The notes under the pieces: generated by a model
What the model saw: only the letters and a program-made list of their open reading frames with translations
Databases searched by the model: none
What the model was told of the DNA's origin: nothing
Assembly: GCF_020745735.1 (NCBI RefSeq)
Contig: NC_083407.1
Coordinates: forward strand, 68,067,857-68,131,856
DNA: 64,000 nucleotides
DNA from: Hemiscyllium ocellatum
Taxonomy: Eukaryota
Direction of reading: 5' to 3'
Shown here: positions 25,016-37,594 of the stretch, one piece after another
How the letters are laid out: every line of letters begins with the position of its first letter
Position numbering within the stretch: the first letter of the stretch is position 1
Translations under genes and position numbers: made by a program

Positions 25016-26250
25016 TAGGCAAGATTCTCCCTGGGGAGAAGTGAGTTGCTTATTAAGCAGAATAATTCTCGTTAACAAAGTTATTAATTGCACATCTTGC
25101 CTCATTAGCTTCACCTTCCCATCCTATCACATATCAAGAGCAAACTGGATGGCAGGAATTCTTGATATAGAAGGCAGAGCTGGTACCTGGTGACTTCAGC
25201 TTGCCATTTGCTACAAAGGGCCTCAACATTGGATGCCAGGCACCAACATGTCAGGGCATGGTCACATTCAGCCAACATCCACGGACATCGATATCTGGAT
25301 ATCTGCCAGTCTCTATGAATTCTTTTGGCATATCTCTGATCCACATATGGTGCAATGTTGTATGTCAGGTTGAAATGGCAATTATCATTATAATGCTTTT
25401 CCAGGAACACTTTGCACTCAAAACACACTCAGCTCATATGCTGCACCAAGCCGTATCTGTGGTCCATCAGCTCACTGTCTTAGCTGCTCTCGGAACAACT
25501 CGACAGGCAAGATGTTCCAGAATTGAGCAGCATCCCTGACCCAGATACTGTCTTTGAAGGGTCATTGTGCACTCAGACTATCACTGTTAGTCCAGGGCTG
25601 CCTTGTACAGTTCCTAACAGTTACTTGGACATGGCAAACAAGGGAAATTTGCTGCCCTGACCCTAATGAGCAGAGGATCCTCTCTCTGTCCTGAGCAGTT
25701 GACCAATTTCAGGCACTTGTGTTGGGATTGGAAACTGCCCGTGACTGACTGTGCCAGGATCCCCTGAGTGAACAATTTCTTCTTTGACTTGGCTTTGAAC
25801 TTACCTGAATGATCACAGCATTCTTATCTTGCCTTGCCTTTTTGTCCCCTCAGCCAGTGATACCTGCCTCACAGTACCACTGTATTGCTGTGTTGTTTAG
25901 TGCAGGCCCAAAGTCAAGAAGCTTGTCATGGTTGTCAGCAGGCCTCAGTCAAGTCCTCAGTCTATTTACTGGATTCCCCAGGAATACATCAATAGCTTAC
26001 CACTCATGACAATTGGCCTTTGGGTGTGATAATTCTGTCCTCTGTATCATGAGTGCTGACATTACCACTATCCACCTTGATCTACTGTATTCTGTTGCTC
26101 GGGACCCTCAACACAAGAGATGGGCACTTGGGATACAAGGTAAGTTGATTACTTAGGTTTAATTATTACTTCAAGATTTTATAGATAATTCCAATTAGTT
26201 ATGAGGAATAAACTTAGCAGTTTGATAAATGCATTTTATTTTCACAGGTT
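25016..26250. mobile_element. Putative non-autonomous DNA-transposon derivative, paralogous to 12661-14360
   Basis: Shared blocks with 12950-13430; interrupts the Copia between IN and RT-end. Confidence 0.4.
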
Positions 26251-26269
26251 TACACAACCTATTAACTTA

Positions 26270-26935
26270 TCACGGCTTCCTACCTCAGCCTTGATAGAAG
26301 TCCTCCTTCTCGCACGCAAAGAATTCCACTGTGTAGAAAAAATAACGAATTAATTGTAGAATGTCCTAGCAGGAGGACTACTGCGCAACACAGAAGGGAA
26401 CTTGGGATTTTGTCTATGGAGTAGTTGAAAAGGAATTTACCCACCAAGTGTCTTGAGTGACTTCTTACATAAACTTATCAATTTAAGGTTGGTCGTCAGC
26501 TAAACTTTTATTCAACATTCTATTGAGCCCTGCCTGAGCTGAAGTATTCATGACAATAACATTCGTATTTTCACACACCTCTGAACCCGTCATTGGTCAA
26601 CTTGCCTCCATTACAAGCCAGAAATATTGGTCATTTCTGAAACCTAACTATTTATTCATATTTTTATCCATAAGAACCAATCTCTCAAAAGACTAAATAT
26701 GATTTCCAGATGCACAAAATGTAGAATGAAAATATTTCTGTTTTCAACCCATTCCTTTAGATCCATGACAATCATCTTGCAGGACCTGGTGCATCTCCCA
26801 GTGCTCTTACAGATATCGTACTTTTCATTAATTTCTTCTATTAATGTTGTATACTCTCCAATGAACACATCTGTACCTTCACGCAGAAAGTTTTGTCTTT
26901 GATGGGTAAGATGAGCAAATTATCAATGTAACTGT
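26270..26935 (-). pseudogene. Copia integrase remnant
   Basis: LH**FAH...EEINEKYDICK (HHCC remnant), VMDLKEW..NIFILHFV (first D), FLACNGGKLTNDGF..CEN (DNGGEF motif); overlaps ORF 26656..26868. Confidence 0.7.
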
Positions 26936-27129
26936 GTGACAGTTTTCTTTTCTGATTTTACTACCCATATAGTTTTGTAAAAATTAAAGAAATCTGTAAG
27001 TATCTTAATCATTATTAGAATAAATAAATTGTGACCACTACAATTTATTCAAACTGATTATAATCTTCATCAGAATGCTCCGTATCATTTTGAGGACTCT
27101 GCTTCTCCACTTTGGGCTGTTGTTTACAA

Positions 27130-27880
27130 AGTGATATTTTGAGTTACCTGAAAGATCTCCAATCTGTTTTTTGGGTGGCCCTGTGTTTCATCTACCTACC
27201 ATTGCTGTTGGTAATCTGTCTTCTGCTGTAATAGCTAGATCTGCTAAAGATTATTTCAGCCTCATTTTTCCTCTACTTAACCTATTCATGCCTGGGCATA
27301 ACGTCTGGGCCATTTCAAAATCTGAAGCAATGATTGACTCCTCTACTCATTTTACAAACATGGGATGTCACATTTATTCCATGAATTATTGTTTTCTATA
27401 GTTTTTCAATTCAGGACATATCTGATCCAGGGGTTGTCCCAGTTTGAGAATTAAATACTAATTAGAACCAGAAATCTGTCCATCTGAGATACTCTAGCCC
27501 GACCTAGCAGTTTATATTCTAGTACAGATCCAAAGGTTCCAAAATTGAATTTTATGAATCTTTTAAATGATGTTTTAAAGTCCATGATATATTTTTGTAT
27601 GGAATAAGCATTTATTTTTTGAAATCTGACAACGTCTGCTCACCTCTTATAGTCATTAAACTTGATATTTTTCTTGTAAATTTCATCCAAGAGCTTTAAT
27701 AGAAGCCCCATCACTATCCAACTAACATCAATGTCACAAAATACTTGTGATTTTGTTTCTGGTAGGAAGCAACTACTTGAAATCCACAACCCATCTCCTC
27801 ATTGATGAGGAGGTAATCTAAACACGCACTTTGTTTTTTTGTCACTGGTCATACAGTTCTAACCAAGAAATCATCCCCCA
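27130..27880 (-). pseudogene. Copia gag remnant
   Basis: Manual translation ...LLLKLLDEIYKK...YSIQKYIMDF...GSVLEYKLLGRARVSQMDRFLVL and zinc-knuckle remnant SKYHFVNNSP; many stops. Confidence 0.65.
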
Positions 27881-28897
27881 ACAAGTGACATTTGCTTTCT
27901 GAATTTTTCAGAATGGCTATCATGGTTGCAAATTTCTATTAAAATTTCTTTCTTTTAAGCTTCTGAACTTCAATTTTGCATAATCAGACTCTGTTACCAG
28001 GTCCTATTCCAGAGACATTGGTGAAATACAGAACTGGAGTCAGTCTTTAAAGATGTTTACATCTATTAGCAGAATCATATATTACAAGCATTCACTTCTG
28101 AACCCAACAAGTACCATCTAGATTGGTTATTTGTAAGGGCTAATATGGATCCCCAAATAATGTCTACCATAGACATACAGTTAAACACAATTAATATACA
28201 ATTTAAAGACAAAAAAGAAGAGCAGCCAACTCTTTTCTCTTCCTCAATCAGTGGTATAATGGTTGGTCATTGCAAAGCCTCTGAACATTGAAAGAGGATA
28301 TCTCTAACACTTCAAATAAGGCATGTTTCTATTTATAGACCTCAGAAAGACATGAAGGCACCAATAAATGCAGCCTGCACTGTTGGAAACCTAGGTACCT
28401 GCTGTACAAAAAAAGCAAGGGTATCTGTATATTTCTCCTCAGCATTCATTGAATATATAATCTTTTGTCCTGATAAATTTAACATTTGGGTTGATTTATG
28501 TATCTATTGTGAACTGGCTGACAAGACCAGACCCTGGGGAGGTTCCCCGTGGTAATACAGTTCCAGACAGTTCCTGAATTGTTGTGGTCCTGGGTGACGA
28601 AGGATGAGCAGGTGCACCAGCCACTCCTTAATCGATTCAAAAAAGTTAAATTAAAAAGGATCCCCTCCCTTCTAGGTCCCTTTCTCCCTGACCAAATCAA
28701 TTTATGTTTGAAAAGGAGACAATTTAACCAGACTTAACAGAAGAGTAAGCATATTAATGACTAAAGATGAGAAGAAGTGATGCAATATAACAACACAGAT
28801 TAAGAGTTAGAAGTGAGTTCAAACAAAAGTTAAAATTGAAAAGATATATGGATCAATCTCTACAGGTTGTTTGTGAAGAGTAGACAGAGGAACTTTT

Positions 28898-30094
28898 ATA
28901 GAGTCATAGAGTCATAGAGATGTACAGCATGGAAACAGACCCTTCGATCCAACCTGTCCATGCCAACCAGATATCCCAACCCAATCTAGGCCCACCTGCC
29001 AGCACCCGGCCCATATCCCTCCAAACCCTTCCTATTCATATACCCATTCAAATGCCTCTTAAACGTTGCAATTGTACCAGCCTCCACCACTTCCTCTGGC
29101 AGCTCATTCCATACATGTATCACGCTCTGCGTGAAAAAGTTGCCCCTTAGGTCTCTTTTATATCTTTCCTCTCTCACCCTAAACCTACGCCCTCTAGTTC
29201 TGGACACCCTGACTCCAGGGAAAAGATTTTGCCTATTTATCCTATCCATGCCCCTCGTAATTTTGTAAACCTCTATAAGGTCACCCCTCAACCTCTGATC
29301 CTCCAGGGAAAATAGCCCCAGCCTGTTCAGCTTCTCCTTGTAGCTCAGATTCTCCAACCCTGGCAACATCCTTGTAAATCTTTCAAGTTTCACAACATCT
29401 TTCTGATAGGAAGGAGACCAGAATTGCACGCAGTATTCCAACAGTGGCTTAACCAATGTCCTGTAGAGCCGCAACATGACCTCCCAACTCCTGTACTCAA
29501 TACACTGACTAATAAAGGAAAGCATACCAAATGCCTTCTTCACTATCCTATCTACCTGCAACTCCACTTTCAAGGAGCTATGAACCTGCACTCCAAGGTC
29601 TCTTTGTTCAGCAACACTCCCTAGGACCTTAAAATTAAGTGTATAAGTCCTGCTAAGATTTTTTTCCCAAAATGCAGCACCTCGCATTTATCTGAATTAA
29701 ACTCCATCTGCCACTTCTCAGCCCATTGGCCCATCTGGTCCAGATCCTGTTGTAATCTGAGGTAACCATCTTCACTGTCCACTACACCTCCAATTTTGGT
29801 GTCATCTGCAAACTTACTAACTGTACCTCTTATGCTCGCATCCAAGTCATTTATGTAAATGACAAAAAGTAGAGGGCCCAGCACCGATCCTTGTAGCACT
29901 CCAATTGGTCACAGGCTCCAGTCTGAAATACAACCCTCCACCATCACCCTCTGTCTTCTACCTTTGAGCCAGTTCTGTATCCAAATGGCTAGTTCTCCCT
30001 GTATTCCATGAGATCTAACCTTGCTAATCAGTCTCCCATGGGGAACCTTGTCGAACGCCTTACTGAAGTCCATATAGATCACATTGACTGCTCT
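28898..30094 (-). mobile_element. CR1 (HER1-like) LINE 3' portion
   Basis: ORFs 29909..30157 (IYMDFSKAFDKVPH), 29621..29899 (QGSVLGPLLF...KFADDTK) and 28986..29687; (ctatgact)n tail. Confidence 0.95.
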
Positions 30095-30310
30095 TTGAGA
30101 TTTTTCACTTTGCAGATTAACTAAAATTATTTGGCAGCATTCAAACAAGAGAATCATCCTTTTGTCTTGATTCTTTTTGCATGGTTGCTGGCTAGTTGGT
30201 TTCTAGCACACAATGAATGCCCTGTATCAACACCTCAGTGTTAACTCTGGGCAATTCTTACTGTCACTTACATAGCATTCTAACACTTGAACCTATAGCT
30301 AGCACGCAAG

Positions 30311-30569
30311 ACTAAAAACAGAAATTGCTGGAAATGCTCAGCAGGTCTGGCAGTATCTGTGGAAAGAAATCAGAGTTAATGTTTCGGGTTGAGTGGCCCT
30401 TCCTCAGAATTGAATTCTAACAGAACTAGCAGTTCTGACGAACAATCACAAGACCCGAAATGTTGACTTTAATTTCTCTCCACAGATGCTGCCAGACCTA
30501 CTGAGCTTTTCCAGCAATTTCTGTTTTTGTTTCTGATATACAGCACCTGCAGTTCTTTCAGTTTTTATT
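30311..30569. mobile_element. Fold-back mini-PLE (family C) with CTGAGGA/CTGACGA hammerhead cores
   Basis: Inverted arms; 11-bp TSD tagcacgcaag/tagcatgcaag (30300-30310, 30570-30580). Confidence 0.8.
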
Positions 30570-31328
30570 TAGCATGCAAGCCTACTTTAACCCACTGCCA
30601 AAAATGAGCACCTCAATTCACTAGCACACCTTCTTCCATTAACACACACAGATCATGATTGAACTGGCTGGTAACAGTTGCCCTGGAAGGAGAAGATACA
30701 GTACATGCGTCTTGCACAGACTGCTGCCCTTTCTCTTGCCATGTACACAGCTTGATATAACTCCCACAAGATTTCAGTTCAGCGGGTAGTGCATTTCTCC
30801 TGTTTAAGTATTTGAATCTTCCTTGACACCTCACTCGGCTGGTCTGACATTCCAGGTTTTTTCTTTCTAGACAGTCATTGAATTTATATCAACAGTTATT
30901 TTTTGGTGGTATGTCCATCATTTTAAGAAAACACATGTTGTGCTTAAAAGCTCAATGTATTCTTAAGTACTTTGGGGGCCCCCAGTTGTCATAAAATTCA
31001 TCTTTTCATTCTAAAAGCAAACCTTTCAGGCCCATTTTATATTTGTGCAAACACTTCATCTTGATACGTGTTTGCTGTTCTTTGCATGAGGCACTGTCAT
31101 TAGGAAAATTCAGTACAATTGGATCTTGACTTTCCTTGTGTCAGTGTTCCCATTCAATTACAATATGATTGTTCTGTACCTCAGTACTTAATCAGCTTTA
31201 CTCCATATCCACTGTGCTATGATCCCAGTTGATGTTACTATTGTACAAAACAGGTCCCAGATGGAAATCAGACTTGATAGATCATATTTTTAAAATATTT
31301 AAGCATGGTGGTTTTGTACTGGAACACA

Positions 31329-32341
31329 AGGTAAACAAGTAGGAGGGTGGAAGAACACCACAAGCCAGGCAGCATTAGGAGGTGGAGAAGTCAATGTTTC
31401 GAGTAACCTAGAGGTGAGTGTGGGGGAAGGTGCAGATAAATTGGGGGGTGTGGTGAGGTAAGGATAGATGAACACTGGTAGAGGGTACAGCCTGGTTGGT
31501 CGATGGGAGGAATGAATCAGGTTGGTAGCTGAAGGAAGGGTCAATCAGAGGAATGGAAGGGAGGGCGAGGGGCTGGGAAGGGAGTCATCGGATGGGAAGG
31601 GAGGTTATTTAAAATTGGAGAACTCAGTGTTGACTCCTCTGGGCTGTAGTCTGCCCAGGCAGAAGATGAGGTGTTGTTCTTTCAATTTGCGGTCTCCACA
31701 ATTTCCAATCTGTGGCAATAGTGGAGGCCAAGAATGGTCATGCCAGGAAGGGAGTGGGAGAGGTATAAAAATGGGCGGTGACCAAGAGATCCAGTCGGCA
31801 CCTGTGGGCCTGGCTGAGATAATCAGTGAAACATGCCCTGAGTTTGCGTTTGGTCTCCCCAATGTGGAGAAGACCACATCGGGAGTACCGAATACAGTAA
31901 ACTAGGTTGGAGGAGTTGGGGGAATAACACCTCATCTTTCACCTGGGCAGCCTACTGCCTGGAAAACTCAACATTGAGTTCTCCAATTTCAAATACTCCC
32001 TTCACATCCCCCAACTCCCTTCCCAGCTCCTCCCCTTCCCTTCCATTTCTCTGATCAACCCTACCTTCCAGCTACCAACCCAATTCATTCCTCCCATTGA
32101 CCAACCAGGTTGTACCCTCTGCCTGTGTTCACCTATGCCTATCTCACCATTCCTCTCCCCCCTCCTTCCCTCCCTCTCCCACTCTTTATCTGCAGCTCCC
32201 TTACACCCATCCCTGGTCCTGATGAAGGGTTACACCTGAAAAGTTGACTTCTTGACCTCCTGATGCTGACTGGCTTGCTGTGTTTTTCCAGCCTCCTGCT
32301 TGTCTACCTTGGATTCCAGCATCTATAGTTTTTTTGTCTTT
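31329..32341. mobile_element. Fold-back PLE (family D) with antisense GIY-YIG arm and sense pLTR arm
   Basis: ORF 31738..31935 SNLVYCIRYSRCGLLHIGETKR; perfect 12-bp TSD tactggaacaca (31317-31328, 32342-32353); CTGATGA at 32219. Confidence 0.88.
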
Positions 32342-32998
32342 TACTGGAACACACGCTTGCAACACAGATATGGTTTTGACAATAAAACAGAAGTTAAGCA
32401 AAGTAAATGAAGATCAAATAAAATAAACCAAACTATATGTAACATAATTTGAAAGACTTCAAACACACCATAATAATGCAATCTCATCAATCCCAGCATC
32501 ATCACTTTGCAGTATATAAAACCAGACAGAGTTTGCTTCTCCGTCACATCTATGGCTTTAATGTAACTCTTTCTTTCAATTCCCAGTCTTGAGAGTTTGG
32601 CCTTTTCCCTTGATTATTCACACAACTGACATTCTCAGCTTGAGAAAGCTTATAACTCTCAATTTCAAATTTCATCTTCTTACTGGCACTTGGAGGCAGA
32701 GCCAGAACTATGTGGGAGCAGTGAGGAGTGAGAGAGATTAAATAGCAGCTGAAGCTAGAGGCATATGCTTGGAACTCAGAGACAGCACTGGATCTGTATG
32801 GGAGCACCATTAACTGGGAGAGAATATATATTGCTGTTGAGGTCTGTATGGGGCTTAGCTAGCACTCAAGATACTATACATCCATCACCAGGCTGCTTAC
32901 AACTGACCCACACTGAGTCGAAAAAACATCAGAGTGAACGATTGGCTGGTAAGGAACTGTCATTAGGTACTGCACTTAAATAAATTATTCCATGGTTA

Positions 32999-33310
32999 TT
33001 AGATTAGATTACTTACAGTGTGGAAACAGGCCCTTCGGCCCAACAAGTCCACACCAACCCGCAGAAGCGCAACCCACCCATACCCCTACATTTACCCCTT
33101 ACCTAACACTACGGGCAATTTAGCATAGCCAATTCACCTGACCCGCACATCTTTGGACTGTGGGAGGAAACCGGAGCACCCGGAGGAAACCCACGCAGAC
33201 ACGGGGAGAACGTGCAAACTCCACACAGTCAGTCACCTGAGTCGGGAACTGAACCCGGGTCTCAGGCACTGTGAGATAGCAGTGCTAAGCATTGTGCCAC
33301 CGTGCAGCCC
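32999..33310 (-). mobile_element. HE1-type SINE
   Basis: tRNA-like head with A and B boxes, conserved core gtggagtttgcacgttctccccgtgtctgcgtgggtttcctccgg, and (taatc)n tail. Confidence 0.9.
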
Positions 33311-33710
33311 TGGTGTTATCTGAGAAACACCAGGGATAAGTGAAAGTTGGGGCCAATATTATAAAGTAGTATAAGTCAAAGTAGAATAAAGGAAGGGGAC
33401 AACTCAATATCAGGGCAGGAAGTTTAAGAATAAGCATTTCGGAAAGTTATTGAGTAAGTGGATAAGTAAGACTAAGTAAGTTTAGGGCAGATCAGGTCAG
33501 TTGAGTGGAATGTGTGATCTGTAACATGTGGGATGTCATGGACCCCATTGGTGTTCGAGATGACCCTGTGCAGGCAAGGCTTTCAGCTGCAGGGATGAGA
33601 CTCGGCGCTTGATCAGTGGCTGGAGAAACAGTGGCACATCAATGCGGCTGAGGGTTACATGGATAGCACACTGAAGATGTGGTCATGCCACAGCTTCAGA
33701 GCCTGGAGGA

Positions 33711-34660
33711 TTGAATTGAATTAAATTGAATGATTTATTGTCACCTGCATTTAATAAATGAATACAGTGAAAATTGTAATATGTCACCATGATCTGGTGC
33801 CATTTTGCATTACAGAAGATGAACTAAAAACAGAGTTCTTCCTCCCTTCTTCTGCTCCTTGCAACATCAGGTTGGGTGGTTCCCCCACAACAGGCTCCCT
33901 GCCCACCAATGGCCACTTTCGGTTCTAGGGGTCTTCCACCGGGGCCACCACTACTGCCATCTCTCTGCCGCTGGGAACATTGCACCAGGTCTACTATGCT
34001 GCCGAAAATGTGTTGCTGGTTAAAGCACAGCAGGTTAGGCAGCATCCAAGGAATAGGAAATTCGACGTTTCTGGCATAAGCCCTTCATCAGGAATGCCCG
34101 AAACGTCGAATTTCCTATTCCTTGGATGCTGCCTAACCTACTGTGCTTTAACCAGCAACACATTTTCAGCTGTGATCTCCAGCATCTGCAGACCTCATTT
34201 TCTACTATGCTGCCACCAATGCAACCGTTGCTCCCACCGATCTGCCAGACGTGCTGATTCAGGCCTTCCACACAGCAGCAGCTGACCACAGAGGCCACCC
34301 TGCCATTGCTGCCATCTTGAAAACCATTGCCATCGCCTTGGATCCTGCGCTGAGCCCACCGACTTCAAAGTCACCACACTCCGGCATCATTTCTCACCAC
34401 TCGGTCCACACTAGCTGCCATCACGAGCTCCCTGAGGGCTCACTGTTCCTAAGGAGCCGACTCCTGTCGCAAATGCTTGTGAATCTCGCTCTTGTCCCAC
34501 CAGCAATGCCAAAAAGACTTCCAAAGAGAAAATAAAACAGAAAGAAAAATAAAGAAAAGAGCAAAAGCAAAAAGCAAAGGTTAGAAGAGACAAAAACACA
34601 AAGAAAGCAGATGGAAGCGGATGAGGTCTGAGCCAGGAGCTCAGACACAATGCCAATAAT
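33711..34660 (-). mobile_element. Non-autonomous retroelement with (ttcaa)n tail
   Basis: attgaattgaattaaattgaat...tttattgtcac is the reverse complement of an AATAAA plus (ttcaa)n 3' end; GC-rich body; family not identified. Confidence 0.5.
34004..34200. mobile_element. Young fold-back mini-PLE with hammerhead
   Basis: Perfect 14-bp TSD tctactatgctgcc (33990-34003, 34201-34214); arms 34004-34071 and 34100-34167 differ at 1 of 68 nt. Confidence 0.92.
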
Positions 34661-35395
34661 TTTCCTCCAGGATGACTGCCAGGATATCCAAAAGACACAG
34701 GCAAGCCATGAAGAGGCCCCTGGGGTCTGGCTCACAGATCAGTTTTCCATTCTGGAAGCTGATAAGGGTTTTGCTTCCTCAAGGGAATGCAAACAGAGTT
34801 AAGCTTCTGGCACCACAAGTAGTCTAATTGTACAGAAGAGTTAGTGAAGAATGAGTCCACTGTATTCTATGTTGTGGACATACCAATGATGCTCTGGGGC
34901 AGATAAATTTAAAAATCACACAATACCAGGTTATAGTACACCAGGTTTGTTTGAAAGTACAAGCTTTCAGAGCGCTACTCCTTCATCAGGTAGCTAGTGG
35001 GATAGGATCATAGGACACAGAATGTATAGTAAAAGATCAAAGTGTCACACAATTGATGCAAAGTATTGAACAAACCTAGATTGCTGTTCATTCTTTAATG
35101 ACTTAGAATAGGGATACAGGTTTTGAGTGATTCATATGTAAATGCCAGAACTTCTTTCAAGTCTCAGTCTGGAGATAACTTTTATTAAAAAAAAGGGGAC
35201 ATCTTAGCTCAGACAATGCATTAAAGTGTGAGGTTAGAGTCTGTCTGTATCCCAACCTTGAGTCACACTAGTTCTATTTCCAAACTAGGAATTTATAATA
35301 TGTCAAATGGACGGGCTGCCTACAGATTATGTGTGTTTTGAACAAAATAGAATGTATCTGCAAATATAAATCTACAAATGCAAATTCACCTCATA

Positions 35396-35398
<3 letters not shown>

Positions 35399-35444
<46 letters not shown>

Positions 35445-35460
35445 TGTGTGTGTGCGTGTG
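35399..35460. repeat. (GT)n microsatellite in PLE arm
   Basis: Direct reading; mirror position of the (CA)n at 37526. Confidence 0.95.
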
Positions 35461-37522
35461 CTTATTAAAGTGTATGCACGAATGTGACAGAGTGAGGTTG
35501 GGTGTCTGTGTGAATGTGTATCTGAGAAAGAGCATGTGTATGAGAGACAGTCTGTGTGAGTGTGTTTGCAAATGTGTGCTTGTGTGTGGGAGTGCATGGG
35601 AGTGTATAGTGTAGTGAGGTCATCTATAGTATGTCATGAACCCAAGATCCTGGTGGAAGCCACCCTCATGGGTACTGAACCTGGCTATCAGGCTCTGCTC
35701 GCTGACTGTGTTGTTGCATATCCCAAAGTCCGCCTTGGAGGACAGTCACCCAAAGATCTGAGGCCAAATGTCTTTGACTGCTGAAGTGGTCCCACACTGG
35801 GAGGGAACATCCCTGTTAGGCAATTGTTGTGTGATGTCCATTCAGCCATTGTCGCAGCGTCTGCTTTGGCAGCAATGTACCATGCCTCGGGGGATCTTTG
35901 CCTGCAATGAATGAGATAGACAATACTGCCCGAGTCACATAAGTACCTGCCACGTACATGGTAGGTGGTGTCTCCTCATATGATGGTGACACTCTGACAT
36001 GTCTTGCAGTGGTTGCCATGACAAGGTTGCATGGTGTTGTGGTCAATGTTGTCCTGAAGGCTGGGCAATTTGCTGTGAACAATGGTCTGTTTAACTTTTG
36101 GAGGTTGTTTAAAGGCGAGAAGTGGAGGCATAGAGAAGGTCTTGGTGAGGTGCTCATCCTCATCGATGATGTGCTGTAGGCTGCAAAGAAAATGGCGTAA
36201 TTTATCCGCTCCCAGGAAGTACTGGACAACGAAGGGTACTCTATTGGTCGTATCCCATGTCTGTCTCCTGGGGAGGTCATTATGGTTTTTCAATGTTTCA
36301 ATTGGAACAGGGATCGATGAGTTGGGCATCATATCCTCTGTTTATGAGGGTGTCCTTCAGCACCTTCAGGTGTCTGTAGCGTTCCTCCTCATATGAACAA
36401 ATCTTGTGTATATGTAGGGCTTATCCATAGAGGATGGATATTTTAATATGTTTTGGGTGGAAGCTAGAGTAGTGTAGCATCATGAGGTTATCTGTGAGCT
36501 TGCAGTAGAGTGAGCTGCTGAGGTGTCTATCCTTGATGGAGATGCACATATCCAAGAATAAGACTGATTCTAAAGAGTAGTCCATGGTAAGTCTGATGGT
36601 GGGATAAAACTTGTTGATATCTCAATGTAGTTGTTTCAGTGACTCCTTGCCATGGGTCCAGAGGAAGAAAATGTTGTCAATGTACCTGATGCATAGTGTT
36701 GGTCAGAGGTCCTATCCCCTATGGATAAACCCAACACATACACAGGATCTGTTCAGATGGGGAGGAACGCAACGAACACCTGGAAGTGCTGAAGGATGCC
36801 CTCATAAGCACAGGATACAATGCTCAACTCATCGATCACCAGTTCTAATGTGCCACAGCGAGAAACTGTAATGTCCTCCTCAGGAAACATACACAAGATA
36901 CAACCGACAGAGTACCCTTCATTATCCAGGGAGTGGAGAAACTATGCCATGTTCTTCGCAGCCTGCAACACATTATCGATGAGGATGAGTACCTCATCAG
37001 GACCTTCCCTAAACCTCCACTTTTCACCTTTAAACCTTCGCCAAACCTTAAAAAGGCCAAGTTTGCAGCGAACTGCCCAGCCTTCAGGACAACAGCAACC
37101 ACAACACCATACAAACCTATTACAGCAACCAGAGAGTGTCGACATGGATACTACCATTACATGTGGGAACACCACCCCCACCATGTACATGGCAGGTACT
37201 CATGTGACTCAGCCAACATTGTTTATCTCACAGGTTGCAAGCAAGGATGTCTTGAGGCATGGTATATTGGCAAAACCATGCAGACACTACGATGAATGGA
37301 CACGCACAACAATTACTGGACAGGGATGTTCATTTCCAGTAGGGAGGCACTTTAGCAGTCAAGGATATTCGACCTTGGATCTTTGGGTGACCATCCTTCA
37401 AGGTGGACTTCGGCATATGCAACAACACAGAGTCACTGAGCAAAGACTGGTAGCCAAGTTCAGAACTCATGAGGACAACCTCAACTAGGATCCTGGGTTC
37501 ATCCCACTACACTGTACACACA

Positions 37523-37525
<3 letters not shown>

Positions 37526-37592
<67 letters not shown>
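37526..37592. repeat. (CA)n microsatellite in PLE arm
   Basis: Direct reading. Confidence 0.95.

Positions 37593-37594
<2 letters not shown>

Larger units (their letters stand above)
23317..28200 (-). mobile_element. Ancient Copia LTR retrotransposon (GalEa-like) with both LTRs, heavily decayed and nested
   Basis: 5' LTR 28001-28200 and 3' LTR 23317-23566 align (tgtaWattaattgt...agccYttacaaataa...aatgcttgtaat...ctggaatag); PBS tggtaacagag at 27989-27999; gag, IN, RT-end and RNase H remnants in Copia order. Confidence 0.75.
28507..31057 (-). mobile_element. Possible solo LTR interrupted by a CR1 and a mini-PLE
   Basis: Begins TGTG after tctat; a candidate CA end is followed by tcttg; composition resembles the other LTRs. 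Boundaries uncertain. Confidence 0.3.
33485..34845 (+). mobile_element. CR1 ORF1 N-terminal remnant (33485-33710 and 34670-34845), split by an insertion
   Basis: VECVICNMWDV...EGYMDST...VMPQL, then ...TRQA...DQFSILEAD; typical CR1 ORF1 zinc-finger/coiled-coil region. Confidence 0.6.

Noticed and set aside
26270-28500. Possible viral env/glycoprotein (ACLDYLL-like and hydrophobic stretches on minus)
   Set aside because: Other frames give coherent Copia gag and integrase motifs with a PBS and LTRs; the env-like words are off-frame coincidences.
28986-29687. Long ORFs as host genes (also 45089-45853, 61623-62261)
   Set aside because: They are clear CR1 or L1 ORF2 fragments bounded by frameshifts and stops.
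35378-35614. Cys/Val- and His/Thr-rich ORFs (also 37469-37672)
   Set aside because: Translations of (GT)n/(CA)n microsatellites.
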